Assembly: GCA_002424095.1 (NCBI GenBank)
Contig: DIPL01000001.1
Span: 2,184-66,183 of the forward strand
DNA: 64,000 nt
Direction of reading: 5' to 3'
DNA from: Christensenella sp. UBA5489
GTDB lineage: Bacteria; Bacillota; Clostridia; Christensenellales; UBA1242
The notes beneath the pieces were generated by a model. The model was given only the letters and a program-made list of their open reading frames with translations. It did not search any database and had not been told where the DNA came from. A program made the position numbers and the translations under genes. Each line of letters starts with the position of its first letter. Position 1 is the stretch's first letter. This document shows, one piece after another, positions 34,619 through 45,485 of this stretch.

Positions 34619-34805
34619 AAAGATTTACCTCATTTCTATTTTGCTTAAATTATAACAAAATAAAACATAAAAGACAATATTTTTTAAAGATTTTTCAAAA
34701 AGTTTTTTAAATCTATAATTTTTGTGCATATTAGCATAAAAAACTGCGATAATTAAACCGCCTATAATAAAAAATATTAAAAAAAGATGACTTTCAATTT
34801 TCATT

Positions 34806-35093
34806 ATGATATATTTAAATATAATTTATAAAAATAAGGAGAAAAAATTGAAATATAAAAAAGATATGCTTATTAGCGAAATTCTTGAAGCAAACCCTGA
34901 AAATTCTGCCATTTTAATGGGCTTTGGTATGCATTGTCTTGGTTGTCCGATGAGCCAAAGAGAAACATTAGAACAAGCCTGTGTGGCACACGAGTTAGAC
35001 GTTGACTTTGTTTTATCAAGGCTTAATGAAACAGAAGACAGAGAAAAGCAGTCTAAAAAAGATGATAAACAAATAAAGAAGAGTAAAAAATAA
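34806..35093 (+). CDS. DUF1858 / hybrid-cluster-protein-associated redox disulfide domain protein
   Basis: ISEILEANPENSAILMGFGMHCLGCPMSQRETLEQAC. The true start is probably downstream (TTG 34857 or ATG 34866, after AAGGAG). Confidence 0.65.
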   Translation: MIYLNIIYKNKEKKLKYKKDMLISEILEANPENSAILMGFGMHCLGCPMSQRETLEQACVAHELDVDFVLSRLNETEDREKQSKKDDKQIKKSKK

Positions 35094-35095
35094 AT

Positions 35096-36166
35096 ATGAA
35101 GAAAAAAGTTGTATTAACAGGAGATAGACCTACCGGGGCACTTCACATAGGGCATTATGTTGGCTCGCTAAAAAAGCGTGTTGAAATGCAAAACAGTGGA
35201 CTTTATGATATGTTTGTTATGATTGCCGACCTTCAAGCATTGACCGATAACGCAAAAAGTCCTGATAAAATAAGAAATAACATAATGGAAGTTATGCTTG
35301 ATTATATAGCAGCAGGGCTTGAACTGGGCAAGACTAGATTTTTTATTCAATCACAAATTCCTGCACTTTTTGAACTACCTATGTATTATGCAAATCTTGT
35401 TACAGTGAGCAGACTTGAACGAAACCCGACAATAAAATCTGAAATTAAAATGCGTGGATTTAATAAGAGCATTCCCGTTGGATTTATGAATTATCCAATA
35501 AGTCAGGCGGCGGATATAACTGCCGTTGGTGCTGATTTTGTGCCAGTTGGTGCAGATCAATTGCCGATGATTGAGCAGGCAAGAGAAATTGTCAACTCGT
35601 TTAATAAAACATATAATACCGATGTCCTTGTTTTGCCTGAGGCTGTTTTACCTGACAATAAAAAAAGTTACCGCATTGTTGGTACGGATGGCAACTCAAA
35701 AATGAGTAAATCACTTGGAAACTGCATCTTTTTAAAAGATGAGCCAGAAGAAATCAGGAAAAAAGTTATGAGTATGTACACCGACCCTAACCACGTAAGC
35801 ATTAATAATCCAGGAAAAATTGAAGGAAATACAGTTTTTCTTTATTTAGATATTTTCTGCGAAAATCATCATTTTGAAAAATTTTTGCCGGAATACAAAA
35901 ATTTGAATGAATTTAAAAATCATTATAAACGAGGTGGACTTGGCGATGTTAAAGTAAAATCTTTTTTAAATGAAATTTTACAAGAATTGTTAAAGCCTAT
36001 GCGTGAGCGAAGAAAAGAATATGAAAACCGCAAAAAAGAACTATTAGAAATTTTAGAGACCGACACTGCATATACAATAGAAGTTTCAAACAAAATTTTA
36101 AAACGTGTGCGTGAAGCAATTGGGTTAAACTATTTTCAAGATAAAAATTTTAAAGAAAATCTTTAA
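35096..36166 (+). CDS. trpS: tryptophan--tRNA ligase
   Basis: Class I signatures TGALHIGHYVG (HIGH) and KMSKS. 356 aa. Confidence 0.95.
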   Translation: MKKKVVLTGDRPTGALHIGHYVGSLKKRVEMQNSGLYDMFVMIADLQALTDNAKSPDKIRNNIMEVMLDYIAAGLELGKTRFFIQSQIPALFELPMYYANLVTVSRLERNPTIKSEIKMRGFNKSIPVGFMNYPISQAADITAVGADFVPVGADQLPMIEQAREIVNSFNKTYNTDVLVLPEAVLPDNKKSYRIVGTDGNSKMSKSLGNCIFLKDEPEEIRKKVMSMYTDPNHVSINNPGKIEGNTVFLYLDIFCENHHFEKFLPEYKNLNEFKNHYKRGGLGDVKVKSFLNEILQELLKPMRERRKEYENRKKELLEILETDTAYTIEVSNKILKRVREAIGLNYFQDKNFKENL

Positions 36167-36336
36167 TTTATAAGTTGAAAAAATTAAAAAATGGCATCTA
36201 TAAAACAATTAAGCCAAATATATTATAATATGTAACTATAATATAATAAAATTTATTAATTAGATTAATACAAATAAATGTAATAAATAAGACAATAAAA
36301 AATTTCGAGAAATAAAAAATATTTTCAAAAAAGGTG

Positions 36337-36365
36337 TTGACATCTTGTTTTGTTTCAGGTATACT
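36337..36365 (+). promoter_or_regulatory. sigma-70-type promoter of the S10 operon
   Basis: TTGACA (36337-36342), a 17-nt spacer, then TATACT (36360-36365). A ~130-nt leader follows before rpsJ. Confidence 0.55.
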
Positions 36366-36496
36366 ACCAAAGTTTAACGACTTTTTTTTTGGGCTACTGT
36401 TAAAACACACGGCTGAGTGTACAAAAAACAAATCAAAGAAATAAGAAGAAAATCACTAAATAAACGTTAATCAAAAAATTCATAGGAGATAATAAA

Positions 36497-36805
36497 ATGG
36501 CAACCGAAACTCTAAGAATCAAACTTAAAGCATATGACCATGCGCTTTTGGACGATGCATGTAAAAGAATTATAAACACGGCAAGCAAATACGGTGCTCG
36601 TATAACTGGCCCTATACCACTTCCAACTGACCGTGAAATTATTACGGTTATTCGCTCGCCACATAAACACAAAGATAGTCGTGAGCAATTTGAATCAAGA
36701 ACACATAAGAGAATGATTGATATTATAAGTCCAAACGCAAAAACGGTTGATGCTCTTATGAAAATTGAATTGCCAGCAGGTGTCGACATTAAAATAAAAC
36801 TCTAA
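36497..36805 (+). CDS. rpsJ: 30S ribosomal protein S10
   Basis: [13 protein letters not shown]...ITGPIPLPT. First gene of the canonical S10-spc-alpha order. Confidence 0.97.
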   Translation: MATETLRIKLKAYDHALLDDACKRIINTASKYGARITGPIPLPTDREIITVIRSPHKHKDSREQFESRTHKRMIDIISPNAKTVDALMKIELPAGVDIKIKL

Positions 36806-36917
36806 AATAGCAATAGCAAATTCAAAAATTGATTAAATATAAAATTAACTTATTAAAAAATGCAAATCAAATAGATATGTAAATATCAAAAGCAAAAATC
36901 AAGGAGAACTGATAAAA

Positions 36918-37589
36918 ATGAAGAAGGCAATTATCGGCAAAAAACTCGGTATGACTCAAATTTTTACGCCAAGCGGTCGTGTAGTTCCGGTTACTGTTAT
37001 TGAAGCCGGACCTTGCGTTGTTATTGCTAAAAAAACTGTCGAAAAAGACGGTTATGATTCTTTGGTTGTCTCTTTCGGCGACGTTAAAGAGTCTCGCTTA
37101 AACAAACCGAAACTCGGTGCTTTTAAGAAAATTGATGCTGAACCGAAAAAAACTATAAAAGAACTTAAACTTGAAGGCGATTATGAAATAGGAGCAACTA
37201 TAAATTGTGATATTTTTTCCGAAAATGATAAAATTGATATTTCAGGTGTTTCAAAGGGACACGGATTTTCAGGCGTTATAAAACGCCACGGATTCCGTCG
37301 CAATCGTATGTCGCACGGTGCTGGTCCAATCCATAGAAGTCTTGGTTCAACAAGTGCAAGCACAACATACGCACGAGTTTTTAAAAACAAAAAAATGCCA
37401 GGACAATATGGACATGATAACGTAACAATTCAAAATCTTGAAGTTGCAAAAGTGGATAGAGATAGAAATATTCTGCTTGTTAAAGGTTGTGTGCCGGGTC
37501 CGAAAAATTCGCTTGTTATAGTTAAAGAAGCGGTAAAACAGGCACAAAAAGAAAATTCCAAATCGGCAAATAAGGAGGGCGGAAACTAA
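36918..37589 (+). CDS. rplC: 50S ribosomal protein L3
   Basis: IIGKKLGMTQIF...GHGFSGVIKRHGF. Confidence 0.97.
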   Translation: MKKAIIGKKLGMTQIFTPSGRVVPVTVIEAGPCVVIAKKTVEKDGYDSLVVSFGDVKESRLNKPKLGAFKKIDAEPKKTIKELKLEGDYEIGATINCDIFSENDKIDISGVSKGHGFSGVIKRHGFRRNRMSHGAGPIHRSLGSTSASTTYARVFKNKKMPGQYGHDNVTIQNLEVAKVDRDRNILLVKGCVPGPKNSLVIVKEAVKQAQKENSKSANKEGGN

Positions 37590-38209
37590 TGGCAAAAGTG
37601 AAAGTTTACGATATGCAGGCAAAAGAAGTTGGTTCGCTCGATCTTAAAGAAGAAATATTTGACGCACCATATAATCAGGCTGTAATACATCAAGTTGTTG
37701 TCGCACAAAATGCAAATCAAAGACAAGGAACAAAAAGCGCACTTACAAGAAGTGAGGTTCGCGGACATACAAAGAAGCCATGGAAACAAAAACATACGGG
37801 AAATGCTCGACACGGTTCGCGAAAGAGTCCAATATGGAAAGGTGGCGGAGTTGCTTTTGCACCAAAGCCAAGAGATTTTTCTCAAAAAATTAATAAACAA
37901 GTTAAATATTTGGCATTTGTTTCGGCACTCAGTCAAAAAATCAGACAAGAAGAAATCACTGTTATTGATGAAATAAAAACTGAGGGAAAAACAAAAGAAA
38001 TTGCGAATATGCTTAAAGCATTCGACTTTGATAAAAAAACATTAATTGTTGTCGGCGATGATAATGCTAATATTTTACAATCAAGTGCAAACATTCCAAA
38101 TGTTGAAATTGTAGTAGCAGACCTTTTAAATGTCGGACAAATTGTCGGTAATAAAAATCTTATTTTCTCTAAAAACGCAATTAACAAAATTGAGGAGGTG
38201 AGAGTATGA
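37589..38209 (+). CDS. rplD: 50S ribosomal protein L4
   Basis: GTKSALTRSEVRGHTKKPWKQKHTGNARHGS. Confidence 0.97.
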   Translation: MAKVKVYDMQAKEVGSLDLKEEIFDAPYNQAVIHQVVVAQNANQRQGTKSALTRSEVRGHTKKPWKQKHTGNARHGSRKSPIWKGGGVAFAPKPRDFSQKINKQVKYLAFVSALSQKIRQEEITVIDEIKTEGKTKEIANMLKAFDFDKKTLIVVGDDNANILQSSANIPNVEIVVADLLNVGQIVGNKNLIFSKNAINKIEEVRV

Positions 38210-38514
38210 AAGAAACAGCATATGACATTATAAAAAAACCTCTTATGAGTGAAAAAAGTTACGCAAACATACAGAATAAAATCTATACATTTGTGGTCGA
38301 CAAAAACGCCAATAAAATTGAAATAAAAAAAGCAGTTGAAGAGATTTTTAAGGTGGAAGTTGATAAGGTAAACACGTTAATAGTAAAAGGCCACGAAAAA
38401 TCACAAAACACAAAATCAGGAAGGAAAATAGGTAAAACAAAAGACTATAAAAAAGCGATTGTAACACTGAAAAAAACATCAAAACCTATTGCTTTCTTTG
38501 AAAGTTTAAGTTAA
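38206..38514 (+). CDS. rplW: 50S ribosomal protein L23
   Basis: [17 protein letters not shown] overlap with rplD. Confidence 0.95.
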   Translation: MKETAYDIIKKPLMSEKSYANIQNKIYTFVVDKNANKIEIKKAVEEIFKVEVDKVNTLIVKGHEKSQNTKSGRKIGKTKDYKKAIVTLKKTSKPIAFFESLS

Positions 38515-38524
38515 GGAGAAGAAA

Positions 38525-39358
38525 ATGGCGATACGAAAAATTAAACCAACTTCCTCGGGAAGAAGATTTGTTTCAACTCCTACTTTTGAGGAATTGACTA
38601 AGACTAAAAAAAAGCCGCCTAAAAAACTGCTTGCAGTTAAAAAGAAAAAAGCAGGAAGAAATGTGCATGGATGCATAACAGTGCGACATCAGGGCGGTGG
38701 AAACAAACAAAGATATAGAATAATTGACTTTAAAAGAAACAAAGACAATATTCCTGCGAAAGTAGCTAGCATTGAATATGACCCTAGCCGCACTGCTTAT
38801 ATTGCACTTTTGGCTTATGCTGATGGCGAAAAAAGATATATTCTTTCACCATTCGGGCTTTCGGTTGGAGATACTGTTATGAGTGGCGAAAATGCCGAAA
38901 TCAAAGTCGGAAATTCACTTCCACTTGAAAACATACCTGTTGGCTCAATAGTGCATAATATTGAACTTCAAAAGGGCAAAGGCGGACAAATCGCACGTAG
39001 CGCTGGCACAAGTGTGCAGCTTTTAGCAAAAGAAGGAAATTATGTAACACTTAAAATGCCAAGCGGTGAAATGCGTAAAGTTTTAAAAACCTGTAAGGCA
39101 ACATTAGGCACAGTTGGAAATATAGACCACGAATTAGTTTCAATCGGAAAAGCGGGAAAATCTCGTCATTTGGGAATTCGCCCTTCCGTACGTGGTTCGG
39201 TTATGAACCCTAACGACCATCCACACGGCGGTGGTGAAGGCAAAAGTCCTGTTGGAAGACCATCACCAGTTACACCGTGGGGTAAACCAACACTTGGACT
39301 TAAAACAAGAAAGAAAAGAAAGCCATCTAACAAATTAATTGTAAAGAGAATAAATTAA
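38525..39358 (+). CDS. rplB: 50S ribosomal protein L2
   Basis: [16 protein letters not shown] and [16 protein letters not shown]. Confidence 0.97.
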   Translation: MAIRKIKPTSSGRRFVSTPTFEELTKTKKKPPKKLLAVKKKKAGRNVHGCITVRHQGGGNKQRYRIIDFKRNKDNIPAKVASIEYDPSRTAYIALLAYADGEKRYILSPFGLSVGDTVMSGENAEIKVGNSLPLENIPVGSIVHNIELQKGKGGQIARSAGTSVQLLAKEGNYVTLKMPSGEMRKVLKTCKATLGTVGNIDHELVSIGKAGKSRHLGIRPSVRGSVMNPNDHPHGGGEGKSPVGRPSPVTPWGKPTLGLKTRKKRKPSNKLIVKRIN

Positions 39359-39402
39359 AAAATTAATCAAAAAACAAAACATTAAAAACTATTGGAGGAA
39401 TA

Positions 39403-39687
39403 ATGAGCAGATCACTTAAAAAGCAACCTTATGCCTTTCCGAAACTTTTCAAAAAAGTTGAAGAAATGGAAAAAAGCGGAGTAAAAAAGCCGATTAAAAC
39501 ATGGTCTCGCAGAAGTGTTATATATCCCGAATTCGTTGGCTATACATTCGCAGTGCATAACGGCAAAAAGCATATTCCCGTTTATTGTACGGCTGAAATG
39601 GTCGGGCATAAATTGGGAGAATTTGCTCCAACAAGAACATTTAAAGCACATGCAGGCAGCAAGAAAAAAGTTGCTGGTAAAAAATAA
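39403..39687 (+). CDS. rpsS: 30S ribosomal protein S19
   Basis: [11 protein letters not shown]...[13 protein letters not shown]. Confidence 0.97.
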   Translation: MSRSLKKQPYAFPKLFKKVEEMEKSGVKKPIKTWSRRSVIYPEFVGYTFAVHNGKKHIPVYCTAEMVGHKLGEFAPTRTFKAHAGSKKKVAGKK

Positions 39688-39698
39688 GGAGGCATTTA

Positions 39699-40346
39699 AT
39701 GGCTACTAGAATAAGAGAAAAGGCTGAGGCACGTAGAAAAGCGAAAGATAATCGCCCTCAGGGAATAGCCAAATATATAAGAATAAGCCCTACGAAAGTA
39801 AGGTTTGTGCTTAATAACATACGCAATAAAAAGGTTGAAGAGGCTCTTGCAATTTTAGAAAATTCAACACGAGGCGCTTCCGAACCTTTGATTAAACTTT
39901 TAAAATCGGTTATTGCAAATGCCGAAGTTAAAGGCTTTAATCGTGATGACCTTATCTTAAAGGAAACGTGGGTTTCACCCGGTCCGATAATGAAAAGAAT
40001 AAGTATGAGAGCAAAGGGACGTTCGGACCGCATATTAAAAAGAAGTTGTCATATAACAATGATTTTAGATGATGCAACAAGCGGTGTGGAAACAGCGAAA
40101 ACAAATGTAAACACAGCGAAAACAAAAGGCGAAACTGCGAGAAAAGGTTCAAAAACGGCGAAAGACTCAACAAATAAAAAAGACACGACAACGGCGAAAA
40201 CTGTTGCAAGTAAAAAGACAGAAAAAGTTGAGAAATCAGAGCCTGTAAGCGAAAAAGTTGTAGCAACCAAGAAAGTAGGAACTGCAACTGAACCTGTAAC
40301 CGAAAAAGCAACTACAACCAAGAAAGAAACAGCAACTGAAAAATAA
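39699..40346 (+). CDS. rplV: 50S ribosomal protein L22 with a ~100-aa Thr/Lys/Ala-rich C-terminal extension
   Basis: The core is AKYIRISPTKVRFVLNNIR...HITMILDD. The extension (nt ~40050-40343) carries reiterated TAKT/ATKK units. Confidence 0.95.
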   Translation: MATRIREKAEARRKAKDNRPQGIAKYIRISPTKVRFVLNNIRNKKVEEALAILENSTRGASEPLIKLLKSVIANAEVKGFNRDDLILKETWVSPGPIMKRISMRAKGRSDRILKRSCHITMILDDATSGVETAKTNVNTAKTKGETARKGSKTAKDSTNKKDTTTAKTVASKKTEKVEKSEPVSEKVVATKKVGTATEPVTEKATTTKKETATEK

Positions 40347-40404
40347 AAAAAATAATATAAAAGCATAATTTTAAGACACAAAAATGATAGGAGGAATTAA
40401 TTTA

Positions 40405-41070
40405 ATGGGACAAAAAGTTAATCCGATAGGTATGAGAGTCGGCATAAATAAAGATTGGAATGCCACATGGTTCGCAAATAAGCAAGATTTTGCCAAGCTT
40501 TTATTAGAAGACCAAAAAATAAAAAAGTTCATTAAGAAAAAATATTTTTCTTGTGCAATTTCTAGAATTACAATTGAAAGAACAGCAAAAAGCCTTGTTG
40601 TAAATATTTTCACAGGTAGACCAGGTATGCTTATTGGGACTAAGGGTGCCGGGGCTGAAACCTTGAAAAAAGACATCGCAAAAATTGCAAAGCCGACAGG
40701 CAATCTCATTGTAAATATAAAAGAAGTAAAGAAACCTGACTTAGACTCAACATTGGTTGCTGAATCAATTGCCGTGCAACTTGAAAAAAGAATTTCGTTT
40801 AAACGTGCAATGAAACAAGCACTTCAAAGAGTTATGAGAGCAGGTGCGAAAGGATGTAAGGTTCAAGTAAGCGGTGTTGTTGATGGCGCAAATACAATGG
40901 CAAGAACTGAGCATTATATGGAAGGTTCGCTTCCACTTCACACACTTCGTGCCGATGTCGATTATGGTGTTGCCTCCGCATTTACGAACTATGGCAAACT
41001 TGGCGTCAAAGTTTGGATTTACAAAGGTGAAATAATCCCTTCTAAAAACGAAGAAAAGGGGGACAAGTAA
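40405..41070 (+). CDS. rpsC: 30S ribosomal protein S3
   Basis: [18 protein letters not shown] at 40390-40394 favours ATG 40405 over the track start 40384. Confidence 0.97.
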   Translation: MGQKVNPIGMRVGINKDWNATWFANKQDFAKLLLEDQKIKKFIKKKYFSCAISRITIERTAKSLVVNIFTGRPGMLIGTKGAGAETLKKDIAKIAKPTGNLIVNIKEVKKPDLDSTLVAESIAVQLEKRISFKRAMKQALQRVMRAGAKGCKVQVSGVVDGANTMARTEHYMEGSLPLHTLRADVDYGVASAFTNYGKLGVKVWIYKGEIIPSKNEEKGDK

Positions 41071-41071
41071 T

Positions 41072-41557
41072 ATGTTGATGCCGAAAAAATTTAAACGAAG
41101 ACGTGTCCACCGTGGCAGAATGACAGGAGTTGCAACAAGAGGAAATAAACTAGCATACGGCGATTTTGGACTTGTAGCCACCGAACCTTGTTGGATAAAA
41201 TCTAATCAAATTGAGGCGGCACGTATTGCAATGACACGTTATACTAAAAGAATTGGTGAGGTTTGGATTAAAATATTTCCCGATAAACCTGTAACTAAAA
41301 AACCTGCTGAAACACGAATGGGCTCAGGAAAAGGTGCATTGGAATTTTGGGTCGCTGTTGTAAAACCTGGACGCATACTTTTTGAAATGTCGGGCGTTTC
41401 AGAAGCAGTTGCAAGAGAGGCTTTTAGACTTGCAGCACATAAACTTCCTTGTGGCACAAAGTTCATTAAAAGAGATGGACAAATAAATGAAGATGAATCT
41501 GCTGAAAAAACAGAGAAAGCAGATGAATTCAATGAAACTAAGGAGGCAGGCGTATGA
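41072..41557 (+). CDS. rplP: 50S ribosomal protein L16 (short acidic C-terminal extension)
   Basis: [19 protein letters not shown]. Confidence 0.97.
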   Translation: MLMPKKFKRRRVHRGRMTGVATRGNKLAYGDFGLVATEPCWIKSNQIEAARIAMTRYTKRIGEVWIKIFPDKPVTKKPAETRMGSGKGALEFWVAVVKPGRILFEMSGVSEAVAREAFRLAAHKLPCGTKFIKRDGQINEDESAEKTEKADEFNETKEAGV

Positions 41558-41763
41558 AAACAACTGATGTAAGAGATATGACAACAAACGAATTAAACGC
41601 AAAACTTTCCGATTTAAAATCCGAACTTTTCAATTTAAGATTTTCACTGGCAACAGGAAATTTACCAAATAATTCACAAATAAAAAATGTAAAAAAAAGT
41701 ATTGCAAGAGTTAAAACAGTTCTAAGAGAAAGAGAAATTAAGGCAAAAGGTGCTAAGGAATGA
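41554..41763 (+). CDS. rpmC: 50S ribosomal protein L29
   Basis: [23 protein letters not shown]. Confidence 0.95.
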   Translation: MKTTDVRDMTTNELNAKLSDLKSELFNLRFSLATGNLPNNSQIKNVKKSIARVKTVLREREIKAKGAKE

Positions 41764-41773
41764 GGAGAAATTT

Positions 41774-42085
41774 ATGGAAAAATTAAATGTTAAATCAAAA
41801 ACAAATATGAGTGATAAACCTGCGGATACTTTAAGAAATAAAAGACCTAGCAAAATAGGTGTTGTTGCCAGCGCAGGCAAAATGAATAAAACCATAGTTG
41901 TCGCCGTTGTTTCCAGCTATAAGCACCCGCTTTATAAAAAAGTGGTTAAGAAAACCACCAAATTTAAAGCGCACGACGAAAATAACGAAGCCGGCATCGG
42001 AGATACGGTGGAAATTATGGAAACACGTCATATAAGCAAGGATAAATATTTCAGGCTTGTAAGAATTGTGGAGAAAGCAAAATAA
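41774..42085 (+). CDS. rpsQ: 30S ribosomal protein S17 (N-terminal extension)
   Basis: [36 protein letters not shown] favours ATG 41774 over the track start 41750. Confidence 0.95.
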   Translation: MEKLNVKSKTNMSDKPADTLRNKRPSKIGVVASAGKMNKTIVVAVVSSYKHPLYKKVVKKTTKFKAHDENNEAGIGDTVEIMETRHISKDKYFRLVRIVEKAK

Positions 42086-42153
42086 TATTAAAAATAATAA
42101 AAACTAAAAATAAATAAACAAATAAGTTTATTAAAACCGTAATGGAGGAAAAT

Positions 42154-42522
42154 ATGATTCAACCGCAAACTTATTTAAAAGTTGCCGATAACACGGGCGC
42201 AAAATCAATTATGTGTATTCGTGTACTTGGTGGCTCTTTCAGAAGGTCGGGAAATATAGGCGATGTAATTGTCGCAACAGTCAAAAAAGCAATACCCGGC
42301 GGAATGGTCAAAAAAGGCGATGTAATCAAGGCCGTAATTGTCAGAACAACAAAAGGACTCCGTCGTCCTGACGGCACACATATTCGTTTTGATGATAACG
42401 CTGCTGTGATAATCGACAACCAAAAACAGCCGAAAGGCACCCGTATTTTTGGACCTATTGCAAGAGAGTTAAGGGAAAAAGACTATATGAAAATAATTTC
42501 TTTGGCTCCGGAAGTTATTTAA
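42154..42522 (+). CDS. rplN: 50S ribosomal protein L14
   Basis: [17 protein letters not shown]. 122 aa from ATG 42154, which follows GGAGG. Confidence 0.97.
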   Translation: MIQPQTYLKVADNTGAKSIMCIRVLGGSFRRSGNIGDVIVATVKKAIPGGMVKKGDVIKAVIVRTTKGLRRPDGTHIRFDDNAAVIIDNQKQPKGTRIFGPIARELREKDYMKIISLAPEVI

Positions 42523-42532
42523 GGAGAATTTT

Positions 42533-43177
42533 ATGACAAAAACAGTTACAGCGCACACAGCGCAAGTAAAATTTAAAATAAAAAAAGGCGACAACGTAGT
42601 TGTTATTGCGGGAAAAGATAAGGGCAAAACAGGTAAAGTTTTGCAAGTTATTCCTGAATCAAATAAAGCCGTCGTTGAAGGCGTTAATATAGTTACCAGA
42701 CACCAAAAACCAAAAAGTGCAAAAGAAAAAGGCGGAATTATTAAAAAGCCAGCGCCTCTTCAAATTTCAAACTTAATGGTTGTCTGTTCCTGTGGAAAAG
42801 CGACGAGAGTTGGTAAAGGTGAGATTTCAGGTCGAAGTGTTCGCATTTGCAAAAAATGCGGAGCAAGTTTAGATAAAGAATATGTAAAAAACAAAAAAGA
42901 GAGCAAAAAGAAAGAAACCGAAACAAAAGAAAAGAAATCTCTTAAAAAATCGCAGGAGTCAGTTGTTGATAAAGAAGAATCGGTAAAAGTAAATGAATCA
43001 ACCGAAGAAAACGAAAAATCAGCGATTAAAAAAGAGGACTTAACTAAACAAGACACAACAAATAAATCATCTATACGACCAACCAAAACCTCTGAAAAGC
43101 AAAAAGCTACAAAAATAACGAAACAGAAAGTTTCAAAAGCATCAACTGTTAGAAGAATGTCTAATAGAGGAAAATAA
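42533..43177 (+). CDS. rplX: 50S ribosomal protein L24 with a CxC...CxxC cluster and a ~100-aa Lys/Glu/Ser-rich C-terminal extension
   Basis: The KOW domain is KIKKGDNVVVIAGKDKGKTGKVLQV. Cys85/87/106/109 lie in VVCSCGKATRVGKGEISGRSVRICKKCG. Confidence 0.95.
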   Translation: MTKTVTAHTAQVKFKIKKGDNVVVIAGKDKGKTGKVLQVIPESNKAVVEGVNIVTRHQKPKSAKEKGGIIKKPAPLQISNLMVVCSCGKATRVGKGEISGRSVRICKKCGASLDKEYVKNKKESKKKETETKEKKSLKKSQESVVDKEESVKVNESTEENEKSAIKKEDLTKQDTTNKSSIRPTKTSEKQKATKITKQKVSKASTVRRMSNRGK

Positions 43178-43246
43178 AAATTTTAAAACAACAAACAAGT
43201 AAAAAAATACAGTTTATAAAAGATGTAAAAAATCAAGGAGAAATAA

Positions 43247-43828
43247 ATGGCAGAAAAAATCAGACTTTATGAAATATATAAATCCGAAGTCATTCCTGCA
43301 TTAATGAAAGAACTTGGATACAAAAACGTCAATGAAGTTCCGAAAATTGTTAAAATAACACTCAATATGGGACTCGGCAACGTAAAGGATAATCCTAAAA
43401 GTTTTGCATTAGCATTAGAAGAATTGACTTTAATTGCCGGTCAAAAAGCACAACCAACTTTGGCAAAAAAATCAATTTCCAATTTCAAATTAAGAGAAGG
43501 AATGAAAGTCGGGGCAAGAGTTACATTGCGTGGTAAAAAAATGTATGAATTTTTGGACAGACTTATTTCAATTGCATTGCCACTGGTTAGAGATTTTAGA
43601 GGTCTTTCGAATAAAGCTTTTGATGGTAAAGGAAACTATTCGCTTGGGATTAAAGAGCAACTCATATTTCCCGAAATCAATTATGATAAAGTCGAAAAAG
43701 TCAGAGGACTTGATATAAATATAATAACGACGGCAAAAACTGATGCCGACAGCTTAGCGCTTTTAAAGGCACTTGGAATGCCTTTTAGAAATCAGGAGGT
43801 AAACAGTGGCAAAAAAATCATTAGTTGA
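43247..43828 (+). CDS. rplE: 50S ribosomal protein L5
   Basis: [29 protein letters not shown]. Confidence 0.97.
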   Translation: MAEKIRLYEIYKSEVIPALMKELGYKNVNEVPKIVKITLNMGLGNVKDNPKSFALALEELTLIAGQKAQPTLAKKSISNFKLREGMKVGARVTLRGKKMYEFLDRLISIALPLVRDFRGLSNKAFDGKGNYSLGIKEQLIFPEINYDKVEKVRGLDINIITTAKTDADSLALLKALGMPFRNQEVNSGKKIIS

Positions 43829-43991
43829 AAAACAAAAAAGACAGCAAAAATTTAAGACTCGCAATTATACACGATGCGCTATATGCGGTCGTTCTCATTC
43901 AGTGCTTAAAAAATATGGCATTTGCAGAATATGCTTCCGTGATTTAGCCTCAAAAGGCGAAATTCCGGGAGTTAAAAAGTCAAGTTGGTAA
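43806..43991 (+). CDS. rpsN: 30S ribosomal protein S14 type Z (zinc form)
   Basis: 61 aa containing [25 protein letters not shown] start 6 nt after AGGAGG. Confidence 0.95.
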   Translation: MAKKSLVEKQKRQQKFKTRNYTRCAICGRSHSVLKKYGICRICFRDLASKGEIPGVKKSSW

Positions 43992-44006
43992 AAGGAGGAA
44001 AATTAT

Positions 44007-44402
44007 ATGGTAACAGACCCAATAGCAGATATGTTGACAAGAATCAGAAATGCTCTTATGGCAAAACATAAAGAAGTAAGTATAAATGCTTCAAAAGAGA
44101 AAATGGAGATTGCAAAAATTCTTGTTGAAGAAGGATATTTAACATCAGCAGTTTTGCAAGATGATGAAAAATTCAAAAAAATAAAAATTGTTTTAAAATA
44201 CACTCCGACAGGCGACAGCGTAATTCAAGGCTTAAAAAGAATTTCGAAGCCAGGACTCAGAGTATATGCGGGCAGTGATAATCTTCCGAGAGTTATTAGC
44301 GGGCTTGGAATTGCAATAATAAGCACGAATAAAGGAATTTTAACCGACAAAAATGCACGTCAAAAGAATGTAGGTGGCGAAGTAATTGCATATGTCTGGT
44401 AG
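44007..44402 (+). CDS. rpsH: 30S ribosomal protein S8
   Basis: [16 protein letters not shown]. Confidence 0.97.
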   Translation: MVTDPIADMLTRIRNALMAKHKEVSINASKEKMEIAKILVEEGYLTSAVLQDDEKFKKIKIVLKYTPTGDSVIQGLKRISKPGLRVYAGSDNLPRVISGLGIAIISTNKGILTDKNARQKNVGGEVIAYVW

Positions 44403-44509
44403 CATTTATTTTGAATATAACTGTATTTAAATATAAAATAAAAACTAAAACTTAAATTTTTAAAATTTATAAAGAAAACTTAAAACTTTGAGCAAAGAAG
44501 GAGTTAAAA

Positions 44510-45061
44510 ATGTCCAGAATAGGGAAAAAAGAAATAATCCTGCCCGATGGTGTAACTGTATCGGTTTCAGAAGACAATATAGTTTCAGTCAATGGTACTC
44601 TTGGCTCTTTGTCGCAGCAAATTGATAAATCAATAAGCGTCGTGAGCGAAGGAAATATTATAAAACTTTTACGTTCAGGCGATTCGCCAACTGAAAAAGC
44701 AAAACACGGTCTATATAGGTCGCTCATTGCGAATATGGTTGATGGCGTATCAAAAGGATTTTCCAAAGACCTTGAAATTAAAGGTGTTGGTTATAAAGCG
44801 CAAAAACAGGGGAATAAACTTGTTTTAAATCTTGGTTTTTCTCATCCAGTTGAGGTTGTTGAAGAAGACAATATTAAATTGGAATGCCCGACTGTAACAC
44901 AAATAAAAGTAAGCGGAATTGATAAACAAAAAGTTGGTCAGGTTGCGGCAAAAATTCGCAGTATAAGACCAGTTGAACCATATCACGGTTACGGTGTGCG
45001 TTACGCAAATGAGCAAGTATTAAGAAAAGTCGGAAAAACAGCAGCAAAAGGCAAAAAATAA
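44510..45061 (+). CDS. rplF: 50S ribosomal protein L6
   Basis: MSRIGKKEIILPDGV. Confidence 0.97.
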   Translation: MSRIGKKEIILPDGVTVSVSEDNIVSVNGTLGSLSQQIDKSISVVSEGNIIKLLRSGDSPTEKAKHGLYRSLIANMVDGVSKGFSKDLEIKGVGYKAQKQGNKLVLNLGFSHPVEVVEEDNIKLECPTVTQIKVSGIDKQKVGQVAAKIRSIRPVEPYHGYGVRYANEQVLRKVGKTAAKGKK

Positions 45062-45105
45062 ATCAAATCAAATTAATTTTTAATAAAAATTAATAGGAGA
45101 CAATA

Positions 45106-45474
45106 ATGATAAATCAAAAAAATAAAAATCAAGAACGATTGAAAAGACATCAGCGTGTAAGAAATAAAGTTTTCGGCACGAGCGAGCGTCCTCGCCTTTG
45201 TGTTTATAGAAGTTTAAGTGGAATTTATGCACAAATCATTGATGATTCAAAAGGTATGACACTTGCAAGTTCATCCGCTTTGAATAAAGATTTAAAAGAT
45301 AGTATAAAAGACTTAAATAAAACGGCACAGGCAGAAGCCGTCGGACAAGACATTGCGAAAAAAACACTTAAATTGAAAATATCCAAAGTTGTTTTCGACA
45401 GAGGCGGATATATCTATTCTGGCAGAGTTAAAGCTCTTGCTGATGCCGCGCGTAAAGCCGGACTGGAATTCTAG
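45106..45474 (+). CDS. rplR: 50S ribosomal protein L18
   Basis: [23 protein letters not shown]. Confidence 0.97.
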   Translation: MINQKNKNQERLKRHQRVRNKVFGTSERPRLCVYRSLSGIYAQIIDDSKGMTLASSSALNKDLKDSIKDLNKTAQAEAVGQDIAKKTLKLKISKVVFDRGGYIYSGRVKALADAARKAGLEF

Positions 45475-45485
45475 GGGGAGGAATA

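Noticed and set aside
36433-41181. Long minus-strand ORFs inside the ribosomal genes (36433-36789, 37586-37948, 39952-40381, 40371-40709, 40765-41181).
   Set aside because: They lie opposite universally conserved r-protein genes. They arise from codon bias and low stop-codon frequency on the antisense strand of relatively GC-richer genes.
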